Assembly (NCBI GenBank): GCA_900617105.1 | Contig: UYFQ01000800.1 | Location: 1-63,917 of the forward strand | Direction: 5' to 3' | DNA from: Hydrurus foetidus | Lineage: Eukaryota | Length of the DNA: 63,917 bases | Shown: in pieces, positions 1 to 12,954 of the stretch | Numbering within the stretch: the first letter of the stretch is position 1 | How the letters are laid out: the number at the start of each line of letters is the position of its first letter | The notes under the pieces: generated by a model | What the model saw: the letters and a program-made list of their open reading frames with translations, nothing else | Databases searched by the model: none | Told to the model about the DNA's origin: nothing | Program-made: the position numbers and the translations under genes

Positions 1-1077
1 GCCATCAACAGAGAGGGCCTGCTCAGTGAGACGACTGACCATACTGAAGAAAATGATGATAACAATGATGATGATGATGATGACGACGAGTATAGTGACG
101 ATGAATCAGAAGGTGATGACATAGACATGACTCCACCGGGGTCATCATCTGATCATCACAGGAGATGCCAAGAAGACCTGACCCGATACAATCACCCATA
201 CGTGATGGGTCATAAACGCAGTCTGTGGGCATCAATCCAGACTGATACCAAGCGTCCAGCACGCAGGAAGATCATCAAAACATCAGATGACAATGAGTTC
301 AAGGAGACTCCTGGAACGTCAAGCTCAATGCATGCTCCACCAATGCTTCAAGACTCTCCTCTTGTTAATGATGATATTGTTCCAGCACTTAAGACTGCTG
401 GTGTACCTCGTATGATTGTATCAGTCCAATATCCGATCAAGGAGGAAGAGCAGCAGCCATTGCAACTGGAGCATCCTCCCATGGCACTCGACTCTCAGCA
501 ATCTACACAAGATATTTTGCATCCTCCAATGGCAGATCTGGCAACACCTGAGCCATATCGAATGCGCACTCCGCCAGCCAAATCACCATCAAGAGATTCA
601 GTGTCTGCCACACGTCGTGCAAAGGCAAGAGCACTGGCTGAGAAGAAGAGTCTCAACTTACTTACAGTTACAGACAAAGACAGCAAATTCATGTCATTCA
701 AGAAGACAAGTCACAAGACAGTCATTGACAGTGGTGCATCTACATCTGGTACTGGATTGCGCAGCAGTCTCCGTGACCTTAGACCTACATCATGCAGTGT
801 CTCAGCAGCTTTCGGGGAGACTGCCCAGCCTACTGAGATGGGACTACTCCCACCATTCATGCTCAAGACTATTGTCATCGACCAAATGAATGATACCACA
901 CTGCTCTCAGTGTCTCAAGCGTGTGCAAAGGGATTTGTGGGCATCTTCACCTCTAAGGACTGCAAGTTCTTTAATGCGATAGATGTCATCCCACACCTTC
1001 AGACAATTTCAAAGACAGCTCACCCAGTTATGAGTGGCAAGGTAGAGGAAGGCCTCTACTTGCTGGACTCAAACTGA
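1..1077 (+). CDS. copia gag C-terminus/aspartic protease (5'-truncated by window)
   Basis: Frame open from base 1. Protease motif VIDSGAS, then TLLSVSQ and GLYLL, typical of the copia protease/pre-integrase linker. Ends at TGA 1075-1077. Confidence 0.85.
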   Translation, partial: AINREGLLSETTDHTEENDDNNDDDDDDDEYSDDESEGDDIDMTPPGSSSDHHRRCQEDLTRYNHPYVMGHKRSLWASIQTDTKRPARRKIIKTSDDNEFKETPGTSSSMHAPPMLQDSPLVNDDIVPALKTAGVPRMIVSVQYPIKEEEQQPLQLEHPPMALDSQQSTQDILHPPMADLATPEPYRMRTPPAKSPSRDSVSATRRAKARALAEKKSLNLLTVTDKDSKFMSFKKTSHKTVIDSGASTSGTGLRSSLRDLRPTSCSVSAAFGETAQPTEMGLLPPFMLKTIVIDQMNDTTLLSVSQACAKGFVGIFTSKDCKFFNAIDVIPHLQTISKTAHPVMSGKVEEGLYLLDSN

Positions 1078-4000
1078 GTGCAACCGGCTCAACTCTTGGT
1101 CACGAGTGTAAAAGAGCTTTCGATTTATGACCACGTGCATCGCGTACTAGGACACCCTGGCGAAGAGGGTATGGCCTGGCACCGACAGCACACCATTGGA
1201 GCACACTACTCCAACTTGGATGCATCTACACCAAGACCAATATGCGCAGCATGCGTACAGGGCACGATGCGACAGACCTCTACGGACCATCTTCGTATAC
1301 ACCGTTTGCCATCTCCTTGCTACGGCAGTCAATTCTCACTTGACGCGTATACACATACACACCGGTCACAGGCCGGTTATAAGTACTGCGATATTATCAC
1401 GGACTTATCTACAAGACGAAGTTATCCATGCTTCACGAAAGACCGGGGAGCTGCAGAACTTGTTAAAAGCTTCTCCACCCTCTTCCAATCACATCCTGAG
1501 TGGAAGCCCTCGCTTCCAGGCGTAGACCGATTCATCAGAGCCGATGCAGAGAAATCTTATCGGTCAGCTGAATTCCTCCAATGCCTACACAACTTCGGAT
1601 ATCGACTTGAGCCAACACCACCTCGCGACAAACATGCAAATGGAATTGCAGAGCGTGCAGTAGGCGTCTTATCGATGAAGTGCAACATCACCATGCAACC
1701 TTTAGGGATGACAGTACCACAGAAGTTTTGGGATCTTGCCTTTGAGTATACATGCATCACCCATGCATTCAATTACCATTCAGCAATCAAGACATCACCG
1801 TATCATCTCATCACTGGAAAGCATGTAATCCTCAAGAACCTCAAGGCCTTTTGGAGCTTATGTTGGGTTCACATCGCGCTTGAAGATAGGAAAGGAAAAA
1901 TCGGTTTTCCTCGTGCATACAAAGCCAGATTCGTTGGTTACGATTTATCGAGAACGCTCGAGCCTTGTTTTAAGGTCATCGAAATACTACCAACCGGAAT
2001 CTTCGGCAAAATTAGGACAAGTAAGGACGTCATTTTCGACAAAGACAATAATTATAATTACACGGACGAGTACCCATCCGATCTTGACTTTTCAAATTTA
2101 CACCAGAATATCAATAATGATATCTCTGCAGTCCTACCAGCTAACAAGGTAGTTGAAAAAGATTCTGAACAACAACTAGCAACTCCAGCTATTTCAATAC
2201 ACCCTGCACCTGTAATACCTTGCATTATTCAGAATCGAACTCCTGAAAATCCTATTTCAGCGAATATAAATCCAAAAAACAATAACAAAATTGTTAATAA
2301 ATCTGGATCGACTAATATCAAATCAACAAAACAGAATATACCGTTTGATCCAACACCAATTAGAGATACAAATAACAAATCCGACATCGATGATAATGAC
2401 ATTGGTATTAATACACCGATTCAAAACATTGAAAATGACGATGCTGTCTACTGGTACTCTACTCATGTTAGAAATCACGAACATTTTCTCTCATTGATTG
2501 AAGCAAGTCATCACGAAAAACTCTTCATCAATTTCGATCAACTAAATGTGCCAAAATCATTCTGGAAAGCTATGGCTATACCTGAATGGAAAAACGCAAT
2601 AGATACTGAATTAAAGAAATTCGAGAAGAACTCATGTTTACATATAGTACCATACATTGACCAACACCTGGTACCAATGATGCGGCTTTTTAGTATAAAA
2701 ACCGACGGTACGAAAAAAGCCCGTTTAGTGGGACGGGGAGATATGATGATACCACTCGTGGACTTCGACCCCGACGCCGTATACTGCGGAAATGTATCAT
2801 CGTGTTCCATCAAGATGGCACTAAGCATTGCAGCAGCATATGGACTAGTAATGAAAGGAGGTGACCTCATTGGTGCTTACCTCATTACAAGAGCAAATGT
2901 TAACTTCCCGGTGCACATAAAGACACCGCAGGGATACACTTGCCCACCCGGTTTCTGCTTTCAGGCTGTCGGCAATCTTTATGGATTCCCACCTGCAGGG
3001 CAAAACTTTTCCATTGAGTTTGATATTTGTATCTTCGAGTGTGGTTACAAGAACACACCCTGGGACCTCAAGTTCTTCTTTAAATGGACCACAGATGGTA
3101 GACCCATGCTTATCATCGCTCACAGTGATGACTTCAGATGGTTTGGTCCTTCGGACAAACTTGATGAATGGGATCTGATCATCGCCACCTTCAATGCACA
3201 CAAATATGAAGTCACTGATGCAACTGACAAGGAGTTCGTTGGTATTCGTATTCAGCGTGATGAAGATGGCACATATTATATGGATCAACATCGCATGATT
3301 GATTCAATAATAAAAGAGGCTAATATATCTGGTGCAAAGGACATGCACTTACCATACCCGACTGGGGACCAAGAACCTGCATTGTCGAAACTAGACAACG
3401 CTTCTACCCCTGAGGAACGTATGCAGTGTATGTAGTACCCGTACAGGAGGGTCGTGGGTCAACTAATGTACGGTATGGTACATACCATGGTCGGCATTCT
3501 GTATGCACTCAATGTACTATCCCGTTATGGTAACAACCCAGGTCCCAGACATATTAAATTCCTCAAACACTTATTGCAGTACTGCAAGTACGCACGAAGT
3601 GATCGATTAGTGTTCCATGGACACGATGGACCCAGAGACATCGAGACTATGACAACGCTACTCCAACTCCGGTTTCAATGCGATGCAGATTTGGGTGGTA
3701 ATCCTGACAATAGCCACTCCCAGACTGCATACCTTGGATACCTCGGCCGTAACCTTATCTGCTGGTGTTCCACCGACCAAGGCAGCATATCAACATCAAC
3801 GGCAGAGTCGGAAATCAAGGCTGTCAATCACACACTCAAAGCAGAGGTCATAGCCAACAGAGGCATCCTAAACATGATGGGATGGGTCCAAGGTCCAACC
3901 TCTATTGAAGAAGACAACCAAGCCTGTATATACCATTCTAAGGCAGCACACATGACACGCAAGCTACGGCACCTCGACCTCACGGAAAACTGGGTCAAAG

Positions 4001-4146
4001 AGAAAGTTGCTGATGGTACTTGCGTAGTTGTTAAAGTTAAATCGTGCGATAATAATTCAGATATTGGAACAAAAAGAGTTTCTCTACCAATATTTAATAA
4101 ACTTCTAAATCAAATTATAGATCAGTCTCAGAGACGAAATCTTTAA
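1078..4146 (+). pseudogene. copia pol (integrase, RT, RNase H) with in-frame TAG at 3433-3435
   Basis: HHCC (HRVLGH..CAAC), integrase core (SLD..RAD..NGIAER), RT (KARLVGRG, HSDD), RNase H (CDAD, STAESE, EDNQ, NNSD). ORFs 1078-3435 and 3454-4146 are in one frame. Confidence 0.88.
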
Positions 4147-4278
4147 ACAGCACTATACTAATTATGTTTTAATATTGTATTTGTCTTGATCAAACATATA
4201 CTATGTTAATTCTAATATTATAAAGGTAGTTCATAAGTAAACATGCATTATTTTACACTACATCTTCACTACGGGGAG

Positions 4279-5015
4279 TGTCAGACCACTTGATTCTATC
4301 AAGATATGTCTGTAGTAATATAGTTGCAAATATAGTTACAAATATATACATGTACGTTATGCGACACGTACGTACGTAAGTACACATGCAGATATGATAA
4401 CATGCACACGTACACACGTACTTACACATGTTAGTGCATACTCATTTATGCATACGTACACACATGTACTTACACATGTACGTACATAGTCAATATGTAC
4501 GTACGTACGTACGCATATAGCATAGCGTACACTTGTATGGTCACGCACACACGTACATACGTACGTGCACATGTTAGTACAAATTATTATATGCATACGT
4601 ACACACACGTACTTACACATGTATGTACATATTTAATATGTACGTATGTACGATCGCCAATAGCGTAGTACATAGATGTATAGGCGTACATACGTAAGTA
4701 CCCCTGTACTTACGCATGTACGTTCTTATACATACACATGCATACGTACTCCTATAATATCGCCATATAGCAGTTAGTACTCACGCATGTACGTTCATAT
4801 ACATATACATGCATACGTACCCCTGTACTATCGCCATGTGTCAGTTAGTATTTAGCGTGTTGCTGCTTGGTAAAGTAGCGAAAGTTGAAGCATCGTACTC
4901 GGTATGTGTGCCACTGCATCATCAAACACACAACAACAGCAATATTACTTCTCACAACCTCTTTACAACCTCTATTGTCAGTACAATAGATAGAAGTCAT
5001 TCACGATCTTATGAC
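4279..5015 (+). repeat. putative 3' LTR
   Basis: Starts TG directly after the PPT. No second copy in the window, so the end is approximate. Confidence 0.55.
4343..4835. repeat. degenerate alternating purine-pyrimidine repeat (gtacgtac/acatgt/acgtacttacacatgt)
   Basis: Recurring self-complementary RY motifs seen directly. Confidence 0.8.
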
Positions 5016-5200
5016 CTATTTCTCAATTCATTTAGGACCATAGCACTGTTTGAATTAATGCTAATGCCGGCCATTTAGATATAATCATCGACATCAATTG
5101 CTCCAGTCATTCCTACCTTGTAATATTGACTCCGTTGTTTTCAATTTGAGTTGTCGTTCATGTTTTTTAAATGTAATTGGTAATTGGCTAACTGAGAAAC

Positions 5201-6822
5201 TCATTGACTCACTGTAAGGCAATAGAGCCCTGCACGATGTTGGAATTTGTAGGCATTTTGATCCGTGTGGAGCAGAAATGCATCCTGATCAATCATAGCA
5301 CCCTGGCGAAACTCCCAGTTGTGCCCTTGCAACAGGCAATCGGATGCCGATATGATGCAAAGTCCTGCTCGCGGGTCAAAATGAACGATACCGATGTCAC
5401 GAAGGTTTCCTACTTTAGTTACAGTAAGTGAACCATGCAAGCCTTTGAACACAGTGGGAGTGCATGTCGCGATGTCACTCAGAATATCCGCACATGTAAT
5501 GATGGTGCCAGTAGTTCCAGTGTCAAAAATTAGTCCGAGGACCGAGGGTTGCGACTCCCACCGGAGTGGTAGTATAACATACACTACAGTACCTGTCGCC
5601 ATATTCATCCTCGTTATCCTCTTGATCCCACAGTTGGCGAAAAGCAGTGTAAATATCGTCTTAAGCACTGGGGTCATCAACCTCAGTTTGTTTCCTAGCT
5701 GAATATGATGTTTTTGGAGTTGTAGGGGGCTCTCCGGCGGCCTTATTTCTGCACAACCAACAAAACTAATTGAGGGGCTGAGTAATATCTCACAGGTCTC
5801 CCACGACCACAAGAACTACCTCAGCAATTATTTGGAGTGCAACAAGATCGATATTTACCCGAAGACGCTGATGGAAGCCATTAACGGAGCAACAAGATTC
5901 CACCGTGGGGTGAAGGGTAGCGCATTGCAATCAGCGATAGAATCTCGCTAAGCCAGGTGGTCTCCCAAAGGGCGAAAAACCACCTGCTAGAGACAAAGCC
6001 ACGAAGATCAATCCAGCAAAGATCAAAGAGCCTAAAGTGACATTTGCTAAAGATACAAAGGAGGGCAACTTCAGTGGAAATTGCTACCACTGTGGAAAAG
6101 CAGGTCACCGTGCTAGCGAGTTGTACAGCATTTGGAATCTGCGCTTCTGGTACTCCTGTTGCAGCAAATCGATCGAAGAGCTTCACCGCACGTCGCCCGT
6201 ACGGTACAATGTCTTCACCCGTACTCATAGTCAGTGTGTGCCAGTCACGTAGGGCCTGGGACCGCTCAAATTCCAGATTGCCATCACATCTTGATTTAAC
6301 AACCGACTTGATAACTTCAAGTAGCTTAAGTGGGTCGTCGAGTTCGACTACAATGAATTCCGCTTTTACTGTCAAAATTGCGTTTAGCGATGGTGAACAT
6401 ATGATGCGAATCAGCCGATATGCTGATTTACGATCATCCATTTGCCTCATTCTCCTTTTATTGACCAGTGCTCTGTCGGTATTGATGTCATTCATCATTA
6501 TCTTTGCTCGATATCCCTTCGGATCCGTGATTTCAGTGAACGATTCCAGCAACGTGAAGTTGGGCGGTTTGAAATCGTAAACCTTATAGGCAGCTTTGAT
6601 GGTGAGCAGCATGGGGTCTGGACAGATGATCTGGAGGTCCTGAAAGTTTATTCTCATATACTCCTTCAGTTTCAGCATGGTAACGTCCCATTCTTTCCAC
6701 CCGTTGTGTGTTATCTCAGGCAAACTCTCTGGCCTCACGCCATCTATGATTGCTGAACTTTGGCGCTTTTCGCCCTTCTCGGATTTCGATTGGGCAGCGC
6801 CTTTCTCGCCTCGCTGACTCAT
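5201..6822 (-). pseudogene. second copia-like gag-protease remnant with ~310-bp internal inversion
   Basis: Gag-like ORF from 6822, plus protease LIFDTGT and GLY motif on the minus strand. YPKTLMEA and zinc knuckle CYHCGKAGH lie on the plus strand at 5810-6122. Confidence 0.8.
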
Positions 6823-7366
6823 TCTGAGCTAGCTAGCGGCTTCTAATTATCTTGGAATAAAGCTGTCTTTGGATCCTAGATCCAGTCGAAGCACCTGGTT
6901 GATAGCAGTGGTTCGTTCAGAACACATTTTACTTTCAAGCTAGTCAAACAGGTTGCCCCAACAGTTCACTCTAGTGTAGGTATAATGGCGCACAGCCATA
7001 TAGTCTCCTTTAATTAGAAGTACTCAGAGTGACAAATCAAAGCAGTTCATGACTAGCGATACTAGCTACGGTTGGCCGTTCACAGTCATCATCAGTTGCA
7101 GCTTTCAGTACAAAGTGTATGATGTGTGATGATCTCGGATCCGAAAGTGCTACCCTCGCTCCCCCGCTTGGGCTTGAATGATATTACCCCAAAGGGGATT
7201 CCCCTTAAGGGATTGTTCCCATAGGGATAGCTATGCTATATATCCAACAACACTCCTCCCGAAGTCTGATGAGATTGTCAGATTGCGTCATCAACTTCCT
7301 GACCCTCCATTACCTTCTTCTGCTTCTTCTATTGCAGAGCTGCATCCCTTCTTTCACGACTGAGCG

Positions 7367-8663
7367 ATGAGGGCGCATGTGTTCTTGCACATGGTGTTCA
7401 TCCTTTCCATGAACTTGTCATTCTTGCGGGCCATTAAAATTGGTCGGGCAGCCCCCAGAATAGATCTTAGCCGGCTCATGAGCAGTGAAGTTCAAACGTT
7501 CAGTAATGGTGACGTTCTGATAACTGGACTAAATGGTCCACAAGATATCATGGTGAAGGTCGTAGCCTGTCGAGAGATAATGCAGGAAACTATCATAAAG
7601 AACGATCTCTCGCCTCAAGCCGGTAAGGCACTCGGTGAAGTACTGGTGTCAACTTTGATGATGGGAAGTGGATTGAAGGGCGAAGAAACGTTACAGGTGT
7701 TCAGTGATAAATGCTATACGCACGGTTTCTACCAGCTTTTGGCTAACCATGGATCATCATCTCCCATCCAACCATTCTAAAGGTGAACTTCGTCGGAAAC
7801 ACTGGTATTAGAAACGTCATGGCAATCACTGATGGGGAACTGAAAGTGCGAGGAATGGTTGGTGAACCACGCTTTTCGAATGGACAAGGCGAGGGAATTA
7901 GAACAAAGGATCTATTGGGGGAGGGTCAGATACAGATAGTACGGAATCATCCGTCATGGAAGCAGCCAACTAACGGGATTGTACTATTGAGAGACATCAA
8001 CATTCCACTCAACCTCGCTTTCTACATGGCTGAATCTGAGCAGCGGTCCGCCGTTATGCTAACAGACGTTAAAGTGGAGGGAAATTTGTGCAGATACGCC
8101 TTGGGGGTCATGGTTGAGAGATTGCCGGGCTGTACCGACGAAAATATTGAGATCAGCATTAAGAATCTGGAGGAAGTGGAGAAGAAAGGTTTGCGCAGCT
8201 ACCTAGATCGCACAGACGAGGAGCGTCAGGCAGATAAGGGCCAATTCAGAGACTTCACACCATCGTTGGACAAGATTCTGAATGACTGTCTGGCGGGTAT
8301 GGACTTCGAGAATAGCATTAGGTGGAGTAAATCACCTCAATTTAGATGCAGCTGTGGCATTGAACGTGTATGGCGGACTCTCAGATTGCTACCTGCTAAT
8401 GATGTCAGAGAACTCATCCAGTCCGATGGCGATGTCGAGGTACGTTGCGAAGGCTAACCATCCATTTATTAAATCATCAATGACTGGCTATTTGTTTCCT
8501 TAACACGACACAACAATTTCTATTGCATCAGTCACTGCTTTTTGGAATTGACATTGTCATCCCAACCCCCTTCTACGCACAGATGAAATGCGATTTCTGC
8601 GGTCAGGCGTACAAGATAAGCAAGGACGAAGTAATTGAGACAATTCTAAACGGAGTAGCGTAG
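7367..8663 (+). CDS. HSP33: Hsp33 (HslO)-family redox-regulated chaperone, 3 exons (7367-7696, 7783-8439, 8583-8663)
   Basis: ALGEVL, YMAESEQ, CSC and CDFC zinc-site motifs. GT-AG introns join the exons in frame. Hydrophobic N-terminal presequence. Confidence 0.88.
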
Positions 8664-8876
8664 TGGTGCTTTCTTAGATTAATTAATAAAACATTTATTT
8701 TCGTCACGTTATCCGGCAACTGTTAGACTTTCACTTCGCATTACGACAATTCGACAACTGATGTATCTCGTTGTCAGTAGTGATAGCAGTTGTTTCAGTT
8801 GTTTACTTCGCTGTTACGCTCGTAGCATTATGGTCGAGGGCAACTGTTACGATAGTGATTGGTGATAGCAGGTGTA

Positions 8877-11800
8877 TCAACAGGTCTCCCTCAGAGATGA
8901 CAAGAACCCCAAGTCTGTTCCAGGAGGGATGATCGCGCAATTATCTTGCATCAAGCAATCGATGAGTGATTCCAGAGCGACCTCTGCCTCGGTGTGTAGC
9001 CTCATGTTCTTCAGCTTCACCACACCCTTCGCAATCTCATCCTCTCCGAACACAACCATGAAAGGAATACCCCGCTCTAGCGTCTCATCCAATTGTTTTT
9101 TGAACTTTGGACTGTCTTGGTGGGAATACTCGGAGGAAATATTGGCATTCCAAAGAAGTTTCGCGACTTTCATTCTTTCCTTGATGAGGTCCGACCCAAT
9201 TGAAGCGATGAAAACCTGTAGCGGTGTAGCAGTGCTCAATTGGAAAAGTCGTCTTCGTGTAAAGCGCAAATTGGACACTCATGTCTCGCAGAGATATCAG
9301 TTGCGAAGCCAACAGATGATGTCTAATAATCCATTTTCTAGACTGTCGACAATACTGACATGGTAAATGCATGTCCATCAGCGCTGACGGACTACCCCAC
9401 TGACCTGTATGGGAGATGACTGAGCAAGCTTCTGTTCCTCTGCTTTCCTCTCGATGATCGTGAAGACCCTCTCTATGCCGATAGATACGCCCACGCATGG
9501 AGTCTGCAGGCCTGAAGGAGAGAACATTCCTACGAGGTTGTCGTATCGCCCGCCTGTAGGTACGGTTGTGAAGATTAAAACCGAGATGATACCGTCTGAA
9601 ATGTGGCCCTACCGTGTCTCTTACCCGCAGCTATTGATCCAACTTGGCAAGTCCCATCGACTAATACGACTTCATAAATGACTCCCGTGTAGTAATCGAG
9701 ACCGCGGGCAAGGGAGAGATCGAAGGACACGTGTGGGAGACTGCCCATGGCTTCTAAGTAGTCGAAGAGGGAGTACAGATCCTTCATAGCTGCATTGGCA
9801 CCTACAAACCGATAGTGTTAGGAATAGTGACTGTATGTGATAACAAGAATGCGATGATATAAAAAGGAATGAAGGCGAGGCATTTCTAGCTACCTACGTG
9901 ATCTCCAAATGTTTTGCTTGAAGTGAGAGTCGCCCACAGGTCCTTCGGAGGCCCGCTCTGCAAGACGAACAATCCGATCTTGTCCGCCACCTCTGGCGCT
10001 AAACCCTTCTCCGCTACCATTTCTGTGCGGACCTGCCGGTAATATCAATTGTAAATGCCACACCAGATTGAAAGGACGCGATAATGATCACAAAAATGTG
10101 TTGATAAAGCTGTCCTGGTAATGAGGGAAGGTCTCGATAAGTAGTCACATCTACACGGTATCGTAATTGTCAAGTAATGCAAAGTCACAACGACATCTTT
10201 TCAGGCATTTTATCAAACTGTAAATAGATTTCGTAGGGTCTAGCTATTCTAATTCTGTAAGCTGCTAGATGCAGGATACAACGTCAGTTAGAGTTGAGAT
10301 AAAACGGTTCATTAACGCGGAAGATTTTTTACCTCTAACCACGGCTGCTTATCCAGCTTGTCGACTGCAGAGCAGATAGGCCGGAACTTCTCTAACGGAA
10401 CACCACATATTTCAAATATCGCATCGAGAAGTTTTCTGTGATTCAGTTTTATCAAAAACTTTCCTACAGGCAGCTCTGACAGAATTTCGGCAGCGACTGT
10501 GATAACCTGATATATAATTTATTAAATGATGATAAGAGAACAGAAGGTACTTTACTTCGGATGGCGACACGGGCTCGATGGTGGTATGTAAGTCGTCATT
10601 CGGTCAAGCAGATCACAGCTCAACATATGACGAACAATCATGAATTTAAAATAATCAGCAATTGAGACATCTCGAAGTCTGACAAAAGTGGTCCGGTATA
10701 AAAGTTCTGCAGATTGAGCAGCGCAATACGTACCTCAGCATCAGGCACCATGACAGAGTAGTTGCCAGCGATATCAAAATCGCATTGATAGAACTCTCTG
10801 TACCGCCCTCTGTTCAGCTGCGGTTGATCTCTGCGATACACCTTCGCGATGTGATACCTTTTGATGTTGCCCACTGAGTTCATTGCAAGAAACCGTGCAA
10901 AGGGTACTGTCAGGTCGTATCTCAGACTGAGGAGCTCTCCTCCCTGATCAGCCAAGTCATAAATCAGTTTGGAGTCCTCCCCGTATTTTCCAGTCAACAC
11001 CTCCTTCAATTCGAACACTGGAGTATCAATTTCCACTCCTCCGTGTCTCTTGAAGATGCGCCTAATGGCTGCGAAGACCTGCTCTCTGATGCGCATCTGC
11101 TCAGGAGCGAAGTCGCGGGTGCCCTTGGGTATCTTGGGACGCCTTTTCTCTCCACCGGAACTGAGCTGCTCGAGCAGTTTGACGCAGAAACTGCTGAAAC
11201 CCTCGTCAGTGACATCAAACGGATCGGTGACAGCGCTAAATGAACCCGCATCTGATGACCTCGATGTTACTGCCTGCCGAATGGATGTGGAGCCCACGCC
11301 GAGAGCGATAAGTGTACGCGAGCTCATGTCACCCTTTTTAGCTTCCTTCGTCGCATTTTTTTGAGCGGCTTTCTCTGCCTTCTGCTTTCTTTTCGCTTCT
11401 GCTTTGGCTTTTTGTTCCGGTGTTAAGCTACTTTCGTCTAGAGCGGGCTTCAGGTCTTTATTCCCCTCTTTCGTGTCCTTTTTTCCAGTCTCCGCACTCC
11501 CTCCACCACCTTCAACAGCCGGGATGGATGATTCTAAACTATCGAGGTGTCTGGCACAAGTCTGGAGCTCGTCAGCTAGAGATGCTGCAAGACTACATCA
11601 AAAAGCAGTGGAGAACTTTCAGACGTTAGTAAATGTGTGCGTATGACAATTGCACACAGTATTACTGCGAAGAGGTCCAATAGATTTGTAACGGGAGTAA
11701 AATTTCGACTCATGCACCTAAATATTGTTACCTTTGTAGGCACAGGTAAGCCACTTGAAACTCATCGACACTATCTGCAAGGCTGCCAAGAGCCCCTTTC

Positions 11801-12954
11801 AATTCGCTAATCTCATCAAAGTTTTGGGCATCACCAACTTGCTGCAGAGCAAATATTCTCCGCTTCGATGATGTAAGGAGCAATGCAATACAAGAAGTGA
11901 GTGACCGCAGGGCTAGAAGAGACTGGGCTGGGTGGAATCCTAGTTGACATTGGCTCAGCGGTCCGCTCTCCGAGCTATTCAATTCGATTTCAAGAGTCCT
12001 ACACCATCATCAGACGAGCAGATAATGAGTTATAAATCAAGCTAAAATCAGTCCTATGTTATATCAAACTCCTTACTTGACAGTCGAATTAATTGCCTCT
12101 AGAGAAGGCCCGTGCAACTGGGGTATTCTGGAAAAGGCCTCCGACGAAGAAATCAGAGTTCTTTTCGATCCCTCAAGGAGTAGTCTGAGATTAGTTGCGG
12201 ATGCAATCTGGCCTCTGTGCTGTCTGCAAGTGTCAAAGTGTACAGCTTCAAAGGGCTCGGAATTCGCACCGAACGAGTCGCATGATAATGCTGATATGCA
12301 ATCAATCATGACTCCTAAATTTGCTGCCCCTGCAGCGATGAGGCACGTGCAGCCTGTTACAAAAAACTGGCCGATTTTAATCGTCGACACCTCACTTGTA
12401 CTCAAACCGATAGGTGTGATTCCGCCAGATGTGAACGCCTCAGTAGACGACATCAAAGCACCGTTGACCGTGCAAGATCCACCTGCGTTCGTAATGATTG
12501 CACATAATTCTAACCCAGCAAGCTCTGGTGAGGAAAAATTTGGTGTGACGTTGGAATTGAGCATATCAGCGAGGGTCTCTATGACTTCTGAACGAACCCC
12601 AGATCTGCATTGCATCAACGACACAATTCTGGCGAATAAAGCTGCGCGGCATATGGAGACATCGTGATAGGTCGCATTATTTTCAGAATTTTTGTTTATC
12701 TCTGAGAAAGAGACATCATCTTTATGCTCCAGATGCAATAGATCGGAATCAATTTTTTCCACAGTAGCGCAGTCGAGTGAGACAGAGTACATGAGTGCTG
12801 CAACTCTCGCGACATCGGAGACCGTTACTTTTCTACCACCGACAACCACAACTGAAGAAGAGCTCCTCCTTTCGAGTTGGTGGTTAACTTGCAAGTTTTC
12901 GCCAGTCTTGACAGACCAAACTCGAAATTTTTTGGTCCTGGCCAAGATCTCCAT
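8877..12954 (-). CDS. HARS: cytosolic histidyl-tRNA synthetase with N-terminal HAL/PAL-like domain, multi-exon
   Basis: [48 protein letters not shown] and anticodon-binding domain. The N-terminus resembles aromatic amino-acid lyases ([31 protein letters not shown]). Confidence 0.93.

Larger units (their letters stand above)
1..5015 (+). mobile_element. Ty1/copia LTR retrotransposon, 5' part outside window, with 3' LTR
   Basis: Domain order protease-integrase-RT-RNaseH. A polypurine tract (ggggag 4273-4278) is followed directly by TG at 4279. The right LTR boundary is uncertain. Confidence 0.9.

Noticed and set aside
5881..6122. C-terminus of the 313-aa minus-strand ORF as genuine gag sequence
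   Set aside because: It is the antisense read-through of the inverted segment.
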